Assembly: GCF_009914755.1 (NCBI RefSeq)
Contig: NC_060948.1
DNA: 64,000 nt
From: the human T2T-CHM13v2.0 reference genome, Homo sapiens
Strand: one strand, 5' to 3'
The translations under genes were made by a program, and so were the position numbers. The notes beneath the pieces were generated by a model. The model saw only the letters and a list, made by a program, of their open reading frames with translations, did not search any database and was not told where the DNA came from. Each line of letters opens with the position of its first letter. Positions within the stretch are counted from its first letter, which is position 1. Shown piece by piece: positions 24,935-37,650 of the stretch.

Positions 24935-27013
24935 GGAAAGGACTCGAATTTCATGAAACGGAATGGAATGAATTGGAACGGAATGGACTCGAATGGAATG
25001 GAATGTCATGGAATGGCATCAAATGGAATGGCATCAAATGGAATGGAATCGAATGCAATGGAATGCTATGGAATGGAATGGAATGCATTGGAATGGAATG
25101 TCCTCTAATGGAATGGATTCGAGTGGAATGGAATCGAATATAATGGAGTCGAATGAAATGGAATTGAAAGGAATGGGATCGAATTCAATGGAATATACTG
25201 CAATGTAATGTAATGAACTCGAATGTAATTGACTGGAATGGAATGTACATGAATGGAATGTAATCGAATGGAAAGTAATCCAATGGAATAGAATCTAATG
25301 CAATAAAATCGACTCAGATAGAGTAGAATGTAATGGAATGGAGTGCAGTGCAATGGAATGGAATGGAATGGAATGCAATGGAATGGAATGGAATGCAATG
25401 GAATGGAATGGAATGGAATGGAATGGAATGGAATGGAATGGGATGGAATGCTATGGAATGGATAGTAATGGACTGGAGTGAAATGGACTGGAAAGGAATG
25501 GACTCAAATTGAAAGGGCTCGAAAGGAATGCAGTCAAATGCAATGGTCTGGAATGGAATGAAGACGAATGTATTGCAATCCAATAGAATGGAATCGAATG
25601 GCATGGAATATAAAGAAATGGAATCGAAGAGAATGGAAACAAATGGAATGGAATTGAATGGAATGGAATAATATGAAATGGAATGGAATGGAATGGAATG
25701 GAATGCCCTTGAATTAAATGGACTGGAATGGAATGGACTCGAACAGAGTGGAATGGAAAGTGTTGAGATAGAATGGAATGGACTCCTTTGGAATGGTGTA
25801 GTATGCAATGCAATCGACTGGCAGGGAATCAAAAGGAATGTAATGGAATGGATTGGACTGGAATGCAATGGACTCGAATAGATTGGAAACGGAATGCAAA
25901 GGAATGGAATGGAATAGTATGGAATGGAATGGAAAGGAATGGAGTGGAATAGACTAGAGTGGAATGGAATGGACTGGAAAGCAATGGACTGGAATGGAAC
26001 TTTCTTGAATGGACTGGAATCAAACGGAATGGAATGCAATGCAATCAAATGGCATGGAATAAAATAGAATGAAAGAGAATCAAATGGAATTGAATCGAAT
26101 GGAATCGAATGGATTGGAAAGGAATAGAATGGAATGGAATGGAATGGACTAGAATGGAATGGATTCGAATGGAAGGCAAAGGAATGGAATCTATTGGAAT
26201 GGACTGTAATGGAATGGAATGGAAGGGATTGGAATGGACTCGAATGGAATGGACTGCAATAGAAAGGATTCGAATGGAATGAAAAAGAATTGAATGGAAT
26301 AGAACAGAATGGAATCAAATCGAATGAAATGGAATGGAATAGAAAGGAATGGAATGAAATGGAATGGAAAGGATTCGAATGGAATGCAATCGAATGGAAT
26401 GGAATCGAACGGAATGGAATAAAATGGAAGAAAACTGGCAAGAAATGGAATCGAAATGAATGGAGTGTTATGGAACGGACTCAAAAGGAATTGAATGTAA
26501 TAGAATGGAGTGGAGTGGATTCGAATATAATGGACTGGAATGGAATGAAATCACATGGAATGGGAACGAATGGAATGGAATGGAAAGGAATGGAATCGAA
26601 TGGAAAGGAATCGAATGGAAGGGAATGAAATTGAATCAACAGGAATGGAAGGGAATAGAATAGACGGTAATGGAATGGACTCGAATAGAATGGACACGAA
26701 TGCTCAAATTGAATGGACTCGAGTGGAATGGAAACGAAAGGAATGTCATCGAATGGAATTGAATTGATTGGAATGAAATCGCATAGAATGGAGTGGAATC
26801 AAATGGAATTGAATCGAAAGGAAAGGAAGCGAATGGACTGAAATGAAATGGAATGGAATTGAATGGAAAGTAATGCAATGGAATAGAATGGAACGAAATT
26901 TCACGGAATGGAATCAAACTGAATGGAATCAAATCAATGGAATCAAATCAAATGGAATGGAAAGGAATTGAATGGAGTAGATTGGATTGGATGGGATTGG
27001 AATGAAATGTACT
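24935..27013 (+). repeat. Internally deleted DYZ1 unit U8 (2079 bp; ~1490 bp missing)
   Basis: gaagagaatggaaacaaa (U1 offset ~690-704) runs through a 26-bp shared block straight into aatatgaaat (U1 offset 2221). Confidence 0.92.
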
Positions 27014-30000
27014 GGAAAGGACTCGAATTTCATGAAACGGAATGGAATGAATTGGAACGGAATGGACTCGAATGGAATGGAATGTCATGGAATGGCATCA
27101 AATGGAATGGCATCAAATGGAATGGAATCGAATGCAATGGAATGCTATGGAATGGAATGGAATGCATTGGAATGGAATGTCCTCTAATGGAATGGATTCG
27201 AGTGGAATGGAATCGAATATAATGGAGTCGAATGAAATGGAATTGAAAGGAATGGGATCGAATACAATGGAATATACTGGAATGTAATGTAATGAACTCG
27301 AATGTAATTGACTGGAATGGAATGTACATGAATGGAATGTAATCGAATGGAAAGTAATCCAATGGAATAGAATCTAATGCAATAAAATCGACTCAGATAG
27401 AGTAGAATGTAATGGAATGGAGTGCAGTGCAATGGAATGGAATGGAATGCAATGGAATGGAATGGAATGGAATGGAATGGAATGGAATGGGATGGGTTGG
27501 AATGGTATGGAATGGTTAGTAATGGACTGGAGTGAAATGGACTGGAAAGGAATGGACTCAAATTGAAAGGGCTCGAAAGGAATGGAGTCAAATGGAATGG
27601 TCTGGAATGGAATGAACACGAATGTAATGCAATCCAATAGAATGGAATCGAATGGCATGGAATATAAAGAAATGGAATCGAAGAGAATGGAAACAAATGG
27701 AATGGAATTGAATGGAATGGAATTGAATGGAATGGGAACGAATGGAGTGAAATTTTATGCAGTAGAAAGGAATAGAATGGAATGCAAGCGAAAGGAAAGG
27801 AATGGATTGGAATGGAATGGAATTCATTGGAATGGAAGGGAATGTAGTGTAATGGACAGGCCTGGAATAAAGTGGAATGCTACGGTCTCGAATGGAATAA
27901 AAATGTATGGAATGGAATGCAATGAAACGGAATCGAATGTCATAGAATGTAATGGAATGCAAAAAAATGGAATCCAAAATCATTGACTGGAAAGGCTGGG
28001 TGTCGAAAGGAATTGACTCCAATGGAATGGAATCGAATGGAATGGAAGTGAATAGAATCGAACTAAATCGAATGGAATGGAATTGATAGGAACGGAATGG
28101 AAAGGAATGCAATGATTTGGCATGGAATGGAATCGAATGGCATCGAATGGAATGGAATGGAATGCAATGGAATGGAATGTATTAGAATGTAATGAACTTT
28201 AATGGAATGTACTCGAATGGATTCGACTGGAATGGAATGTTCCGGAAGTGAATGGACTCCAATGGAATGGATTCAAAAGGAATGGAATCGTACGGAATGG
28301 AATCTAATGGAATGGAATTAAATGGAAATGAATCAAATTGAATAGCACGGAATTGAATTGAATGGAATCGAATGCAATGGAATCTAATGAAACGGAAAGG
28401 AAAGGAATGGAATGAAACGGAATGGGCTGGAATGGAAAGGAATCGAAACGAATGGAATGGAATCGAACTGAAGAGACTGGAATGGAATGCACTGGAATGG
28501 AAGGGAGTGTAATGGAAGGTTCTCGAAAAAAATGGAATCGAATGGAATGGAATTGAATGGAACGGAATAGAGTCGAATGGAATTGAATGGAATGGAATGG
28601 ACTAGAGTGAAATGGAATCGAACCACAAGGAATGGACAGGAATAGAATGGTCTCGAATTGAATGGAATCGTATGGAATGACATCAAACGGAATGGAATGG
28701 ACACCCACGGAATGGAATGCACTCGAATGCAATGGAGTCGAAACTAATGGACTGGAATAGAATGGACTCGACTGGTACGGACTCCAATGGCATGGAATCG
28801 AATGGAAGGGAATCGAACGGAATGGACTCGAAGGGAAAAGACTGCAATGGAAAGGTCTCGAATGGAATGGAAATTAATGGAATGGAATGGAATCGAATGA
28901 AATGGAGTCAAAAGGAATGGAATCGAATGGCAAGAAATCGAATGTAATGGAATCGCAAGGAATTGATGTGAACGGAACGGAATGGAATGGAATCCAAAGG
29001 AATGGAATAGAATGGAATGGAATCGAATGGAAAGGACTCGAATGGAAATCACTCGAATAGAATGCAATTTAATAAAATAGGATCAAATGTAATGGAATGG
29101 AATGGAAAGGAATCGAAACGAAAGGAATGGAGACAGATGGAATGGAATGGAACAGAGAGCAATGGTATAGAATGGAATGGAATCATGTGGAATGGAATTG
29201 AATGGAATGGAATAATATGAAATGGAATGGAATGGAATGCCCTTGAATTAAATGGACTGGAATGGAATGGACTCGAACAGAGTGGAATGGAAAGTGTTGA
29301 GATAGAATGGAATGGACTCCTTTGGAATGGTGTAGTATGCAATGCAATCGACTGGCAGGGAATCAAAAGGAATGTAATGGAATGGATTGGACTGGAATGC
29401 AATGGACTCGAATAGATTGGAAACGGAATGCAAAGGAATGGAATGGAATAGTATGGAATGGAATGGAAAGGAATGGAGTGGAATAGACTAGAGTGGAATG
29501 GAATGGACTGGAAAGCAATGGACTGGAATGGAACTTTCTTGAATGGACTGGAATCAAACGGAATGGAATGCAATGCAATCAAATGGCATGGAATAAAATA
29601 GAATGAAAGAGAATCAAATGGAATTGAATCGAATGGAATCGAATGGATTGGAAAGGAATAGAATGGAATGGAATGGAATTGACTCAAATGGAATGGACTA
29701 GAATGGAATGGATTCGAATGGAAGGCAAAGGAATGGAATCTATTGGAATGGACTGTAATGGAATGGAATGGAAGGGATTGGAATGGACTCGAATGGAATG
29801 GACTGCAATAGAAAGGATTCGAATGGAATGAAAAAGAATTGAATGGAATAGAACAGAATGGAATCAAATCGAATGAAATGGAATGGAATAGAAAGGAATG
29901 GAATGAAATGGAATGGAAAGGATTCGAATGGAATGCAATCGAATGGAATGGAATCGAACGGAATGGAATAAAATGGAAGAAAACTGGCAAGAAATGGAAT

Positions 30001-30562
30001 CGAAATGAATGGAGTGTTATGGAACGGACTCAAAAGGAATTGAATGTAATAGAATGGAGTGGAGTGGACTCGAATATAATGGACTGGAATGGAATGAAAT
30101 CACATGGAATGGGAACGAATGGAATGGAATGGAAAAGAATGGAATCGAATGGAAAGGAATCGAATGGAAGGGAATGAAATTGAATCAACAGGAATGGAAG
30201 GGAATAGAATAGATGGTAATGGAATGGACTCGAATAGAATGGACACGAATGCTCAAATTGAATGGACTCGAATGGAATGGAAACGAAAGGAATGTCATCG
30301 AATGGAATTGAATCGATTGGAATGAAATCGCATAGAATGGAGTGGAATCAAATGGAATTGAATCGAAAGGAAAGGAAGCGAATGGACTGAAATGAAATGG
30401 AATGGAATTGAATGGAAAGTAATGCAATGGAATAGAATGGAACGAAATTTCATGGAATGGAATCAAACTGAATGGAATCAAATCAATGGAATCAAATTAA
30501 ATGGAATGGAAAGGAATTGAATGGAGTAGATTGGATTGGATGAGATTGGAATGAAATGAACT
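27014..30562 (+). repeat. DYZ1 unit U9 (3549 bp)
   Basis: Landmark spacing. U3/U6-type variants. Confidence 0.9.
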
Positions 30563-33500
30563 GGAAAGGACTCGAATTTCATGAAACGGAATGGAATGAA
30601 TTGGAATGGAATGGACTCGAATGGAATGGAATGTCATGGAATGGCATCAAATGGAATGGCATCAAATGGAATGGAATCGAATGCAATGGAATGCTACGGA
30701 ATGGAATGGAATGCATTGGAATGGAATGTCCTCTAATGGAATGGATTCGAGTGGAATGGAATCGAATATAATGGAGTCGAATGAAATGGAATTGAAAGGA
30801 ATGGGATCGAACACAATGGAATATACTGGAATGTAATGTAATGAACTCGAATGTAATTGACTGGAATGGAATGTACATGAATGGAATGTAATCGAATGGA
30901 AAGTAATCCAATGGAATAGAATCTAATGCAATAAAATCGACTCAGATAGAGTAGAATGTAATGGAATGGAGTGCAGTGCAATGGAATGGAATGGAGTGGA
31001 AGGCAATGGAATGGAATGGAATGGAATGGAATGGAATGGAATGGAATGGAATGGAATGGGATGGAATGGGATGGAATGGATAGTAATGGACTGGAGTGAA
31101 ATGGACTGGAAAGGAATGGACTCAAATTGAAAGGGCTCGAAAGGAATGGAGTCAAATGGAATGGTCTGGAATGGAATGAACACGAATGTAATGCAATCCA
31201 ATAGAATGGAATCGAATGGCATGGAATATAAAGAAATGGAATCGAAGAGAATGGAAACAAATGGAATGGAATTGAATGGAATGGAATTGAATGGAATGGG
31301 AACGAATGGAGTGAAATTGTATGCAGTAGAAGGGAATAGAATGGAATGCAAGCGAAAGGAAAGGAATGGATTGGAATGGAATGGAATTCATTGGAATGGA
31401 AGGGAATGTAGTGTAATGGACAGGCCTGGAATAAAGTGGAATGCTACGGTCTCGAATGGAATAAAAATGTATGGAATGGAATGCAATGAAACGGAATCGA
31501 ATGTCATAGAATGTAATGGAATGCAAAAAAATGGAATCCAAAATCATTGACTGGAAAGGCTGGGTGTCGAAAGGAATTGACTCCAATGGAATGGAATCGA
31601 ATGGAATGGAAGTGAATAGAATCGAACTAAATCGAATGGAATGGAATTGATAGGAACGGAATGGAAAGGAATGCAATGATTTGGCATGGAATGGAATCGA
31701 ATGGCATCGAATGGAATGGAATGGAATGCAATGGAATGGAATGTATTAGAATGTAATGAACTTTAATGGAATGTACTCGAATGGATTCGACTGGAATGGA
31801 ATGTTGTGGAAGTGAATGGACTCCAATGGAATGGATTCAAAAGGAATGGAATCGTACGGAATGGAATCTAATGGAATGGAATTAAATGGAAATGAATCAA
31901 ATTGAATAGCACGGAATTGAATTGAATGGAATGGAATGCAATGGAATCTAATGAAACGGAAAGGAAAGGAATGGAATGGAATGGAATGGGCTGGAATGGA
32001 AAGGAATCGAAACGAATGGAATGGAATCGAACTGAAGAGACTGGAATGGAATGCACTGGAATGGAAGGGAGTGTAATGGAAGGTTGTCGAAAAAAATGGA
32101 ATCGAATGGAATGGAATTGAATGGAACGGAATAGAGTCGAATGGAATTGAATGGAATGGAATGGACTAGAGTGAAATGGAATCGAACCACAAGGAATGGA
32201 CAGGAATAGAATGGTCTCGAATTGAATGGAATCGTATGGAATGGCATCAAACGGAATGGAATGGACAGCCACGGAATGGAATGCACTCGAATGCAATGGA
32301 GTCGAAACTAATGGACTGGAATAGAATGGACTCGACTGGTACGGACTCCAATGGAATGGAATCGAATGGAAGGGAATCGAACGGAATGGACTCGAAGGGA
32401 AAAGACTGCAATGGAAAGGTCTCGAATGGAATGGAAATTAATGGAATGGAATGGAATCGAATGAAAAGGAGTCAAAAGGAATGGAATCGAATGGCAAGAA
32501 ATCGAATGTAATGGAATCGCAAGGAATTGATGTGAACGGAACGGAATGGAATGGAATCCAAAGGAATGGAATAGAATGGAATGGAATCGAATGGAAAGGA
32601 CTCGAATGGAAATCACTCGAATAGAATGCAATTTAATAAAATAGGATCAAATGTAATGGAATGGAATGGAAAGGAATCGAAACGAAAGGAATGGAGACAG
32701 ATGGAATGGAATGGAACAGAGAGCAATGGTATAGAATGGAATGGAATCATCTGGAATGGAATTGAATGGAATGGAATAATATGAAATGGAATGGAATGGA
32801 ATGGAATGGAATGCCCTTGAATTAAATGGACTGGAATGGAATGGACTCGAACAGAGTGGAATGGAAAGTGTTGAGATAGAATGGAATGGACTCCTTTGGA
32901 ATGGTGTAGTATGCAATGCAATCGACTGGCAGGGAATCAAAAGGAATGTAATGGAATGGATTGGACTGGAATGCAATGGACTCGAATAGATTGGAAACGG
33001 AATGCAAAGGAATGGAATGGAATAGTATGGAATGGAATGGAAAGGAATGGAGTGGAATAGACTAGAGTGGAATGGAATGGACTGGAAAGCAATGGACTGG
33101 AATGGAACTTTCTTGAATGGACTGGAATCAAACGGAATAGAATGCAATGCAATCAAATGGCATGGAATAAAATAGAATGAAAGAGAATCAAATGGAATTG
33201 AATCGAATGGAATCGAATGGATTGGAAAGGAATAGAATGGAATGGAATGGAATGGACTAGAATGGAATGGATTCGAATGGAAGGCAAAGGAATGGAATCT
33301 ATTGGAATGGACTGTAATGGAATGGAATGGAAGGGATTGGAATGGACTCGAATGGAATGGACTGCAATAGAAAGGATTCGAATGGAATGAAAAAGAATTG
33401 AATGGAATAGAACAGAATGGAATCAAATCGAATGAAATGGAATGGAATAGAAAGGAATGGAATGAAATGGAATGGAAAGGATTCGAATGGAATGCAATCG

Positions 33501-34121
33501 AATGGAATGGAATCGAACGGAATGGAATAAAATGGAAGAAAACTGGCAAGAAATGGAATCGAAATGAATGGAGTGTTATGGAACGGACTCAAAAGGAATT
33601 GAATGTAATAGAATGGAGTGCAGTGGATTCGAATATAATGGACTGGAATGGAATGAAATCACATGGAATGGGAACGAATGGAATGGAATGGAAAGGAATG
33701 GAATCGAATGGAAAGGAATCGAATGGAAGGGAATGAAATTGAATCAACAGGAATGGAAGGGAATAGAATAGACGGTAATGGAATGGACTCGAATAGAATG
33801 GACACGAATGCTCAAATTGAATGGACTCGAGTGGAATGGAAACGAAAGGAATGTCATCGAATGGAATTGAATCGATTGGAATGAAATCGCATAGAATGGA
33901 GTGGAATCAAATGGAATTGAATCGAAAGGAAAGGAAGCGAATGGACTGAAATGAAATGGAATGGAATTGAATGGAAAGTAATGCAATGGAATAGAATGGA
34001 ACGAAATTTCACGGAATGGAATCAAACTGAATGGAATCAAATCAATGGAATCAAATCAAATGGAATGGAAAGGAATTGAATGGAGTAGATTGGATTGGAT
34101 GGGATTGGAATGAAATGTACT
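30563..34121 (+). repeat. DYZ1 unit U10 (3559 bp)
   Basis: Landmark spacing. Shares mid-unit variants with U4. Confidence 0.9.
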
Positions 34122-37100
34122 GGAAAGGACTCGAATTTCATGAAACGGAATGGAATGAATTGGAACGGAATGGACTCGAATGGAATGGAATGTCATGGAA
34201 TGGCATCAAATGGAATGGCATCAAATGGAATGGAATCGAATGCAATGGAATGCTATGGAATGGAATGGAATGCATTGGAATGGAATGTCCTCTAATGGAA
34301 TGGATTCGAGTGGAATGGAATCGAATATAATGGAGTCGAATGAAATGGAATTGAAAGGAATGGGATCGAATACAATGGAATATACTGGAATGTAATGTAA
34401 TGAACTCGAATGTAATTGACTGGAATGGAATGTACATGAATGGAATGTAATCGAATGGAAAGTAATCCAATGGAATAGAATCTAATGCAATAAAATCGAC
34501 TCAGATAGAGTAGAATGTAATGGAATGGAGTGCAGTGCAATGGAATGGAATGGAATGGAATGGAATGGAATGGAATGGGATGGGTTGGAATGGTATGGAA
34601 TGGATAGTAATGGACTGGAGTGAAATGGACTGGAAAGGAATGGACTCAAATTGAAAGGGCTCGAAAGGAATGGAGTCAAATGGAATGGTCTGGAATGGAA
34701 TGAACACGAATGTAATGCAATCCAATAGAATGGAATCGAATGGCATGGAATATAAAGAAATGGAATCGAAGAGAATGGAAACAAATGGAATGGAATTGAA
34801 TGGAATGGAATTGAATGGAATGGGAACGAATGGAGTGAAATTTTATGCAGTAGAAAGGAATAGAATGGAATGCAAGCGAAAGGAAAGGAATGGATTGGAA
34901 TGGAATGGAATTCATTGGAATGGAAGGGAATGTAGTGTAATGGACAGGCCTGGAATAAAGTGGAATGCTACGGTCTCGAATGGAATAAAAATGTATGGAA
35001 TGGAATGCAATGAAACGGAATCGAATGTCATAGAATGTAATGGAATGCAAAAAAATGGAATCCAAAATCATTGACTGGAAAGGCTGGGTGTCGAAAGGAA
35101 TTGACTCCAATGGAATGGAATCGAATGGAATGGAAGTGAATAGAATCGAACTAAATCGAATGGAATGGAATTGATAGGAACGGAATGGAAAGGAATGCAA
35201 TGATTTGGCATGGAATGGAATCGAATGGCATCGAATGGAATGGAATGGAATGCAATGGAATGGAATGTATTAGAATGTAATGAACTTTAATGGAATGTAC
35301 TCGAATGGATTCGACTGGAATGGAATGTTCCGGAAGTGAATGGACTCCAATGGAATGGATTCAAAAGGAATGGAATCGTACGGAATGGAATCTAATGGAA
35401 TGGAATTAAATGGAAATGAATCAAATTGAATAGCACGGAATTGAATTGAATGGAATGGAATGCAATGGAATCTAATGAAACGGAAAGGAAAGGAATGGAA
35501 TGGAACGGAATGGGCTGGAATGGAAAGGAATCGAAACGAATGGAATGGAATCGAACTGAAGAGACTGGAATGGAATGCACTGGAATGGAAGGGAGTGTAA
35601 TGGAAGGTTCTCGAAAAAAATGGAATCGAATGGAATGGAATTGAATGGAACGGAATAGAGTCGAATGGAATTGAATGGAATGGAATGGACTAGAGTGAAA
35701 TGGAATCGAACCACAAGGAATGGACAGGAATAGAATTGTCTCGAATTGAATGGAATCGTATGGAATGACATCAAACGGAATGGAATGGACAGCCACGGAA
35801 TGGAATGCACTCGAATGCAATGGAGTCGAAACTAATGGACTGGAATAGAATGGACTCGACTGGTACGGACTCCAATGGAATGGAATCGAATGGAAGGGAA
35901 TCGAACGGAATGGACTCGAAGGGAAAAGACTGCAATGGAAAGGTCTCGAATGGAATGGAAATTAATGGAATGGAATGGAATCGAATGAAATGGAGTCAAA
36001 AGGAATGGAATCGAATGGCAAGAAATCGAATGTAATGGAATCGCAAGGAATTGATGTGAACGGAACGGAATGGAATGGAATCCAAAGGAATGGAATAGAA
36101 TGGAATGGAATCGAATGGAAAGGACTCGAATGGAAATCACTCGAATAGAATGCAATTTAATAAAATAGGATCAAATGTAATGGAATGGAATGGAAAGGAA
36201 TCGAAACGAAAGGAATGGAGACAGATGGAATGGAATGGAACAGAGAGCAATGGTATAGAATGGAATGGAATCATGTGGAATGGAATTGAATGGAATGGAA
36301 TAATATGAAATGGAATGGAATGGAATGCCATTGAATTAAATGGACTGGAATGGAATGGACTCGAACAGAGTGGAATGGAAAGTGTTGAGATAGAATGGAA
36401 TGGACTCCTTTGGAATGGTGTAGTATGCAATGCAATCGACTGGCAGGGAATCAAAAGGAATGTAATGGAATGGATTGGACTGGAATGCAATGGACTCGAA
36501 TAGATTGGAAACGGAATGCAAAGGAATGGAATGGAATAGTATGGAATGGAATGGAAAGGAATGGAGTGGAATAGACTAGAGTGGAATGGAATGGACTGGA
36601 AAGCAATGGACTGGAATGGAACTTTCTTGAATGGACTGGAATCAAACGGAATGGAATGCAATGCAATCAAATGGCATGGAATAAAATAGAATGAAAGAGA
36701 ATCAAATGGAATTGAATCGAATGGAATCGAATGGATTGGAAAGGAATAGAATGGAATGGAATGGAATTGACTCAAATGGAATGGACTAGAATGGAATGGA
36801 TTCGAATGGAAGGCAAAGGAATGGAATCTATTGGAATGAACTGTAATGGAATGGAATGGAAGGGATTGGAATGGACTCGAATGGAATGGACTGCAATAGA
36901 AAGGATTCGAATGGAATGAAAAAGAATTGAATGGAATAGAACAGAATGGAATCAAATCGAATGAAATGGAATGGAATAGAAAGGAATGGAATGAAATGGA
37001 ATGGAAAGGATTCGAATGGAATGCAATCGAATGGAATGGAATCGAACGGAATGGAATAAAATGGAAGAAAACTGGCAAGAAATGGAATCGAAATGAATGG

Positions 37101-37650
37101 AGTGTTATGGAACGGACTCAAAAGGAATTGAATGTAGTAGAATGGAGTGGAGTGGACTCGAATATAATGGACTGGAATGGAATGAAATCACATGGAATGG
37201 GAACGAATGGAATGGAATGGAAAGGAATGGAATCGAATGGAAAGGAATCGAATGGAAGGGAATGCAATTGAATCAACAGGAATGGAAGGGAATAGAATAG
37301 ACGGTAATGGAATGGACTCGAATAGAATGGACACGAATGCTCAAATTGAATGGACTCGAATGGAATGGAAACGAAAGGAATGTCATCGAATGGAATTGAA
37401 TCGATTGGAATGAAATCGCATAGAATGGAGTGGAATCAAATGGAATTGAATCGAAAGGAAAGGAAGCGAATGGACTGAAATGAAATGGAATGGAATTGAA
37501 TGGAAAGTAATGCAATGGAATAGAATGGAACGAAATTTCACGGAATGGAATCAAACTGAATGGAATCAAATCAATGGAATCAAATCAAATGGAATGGAAA
37601 GGAATTGAATGGAGTAGATTGGATTGGATGGGATTGGAATGAAATGTACT
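34122..37650 (+). repeat. DYZ1 unit U11 (3529 bp)
   Basis: Landmark spacing. Has the shortest GGAAT tract. Confidence 0.9.

Noticed and set aside
25314-26441. Longest ORF (375 aa, minus strand)
   Set aside because: It is a chance fusion across the 1490-bp deletion junction of two low-complexity satellite frames.
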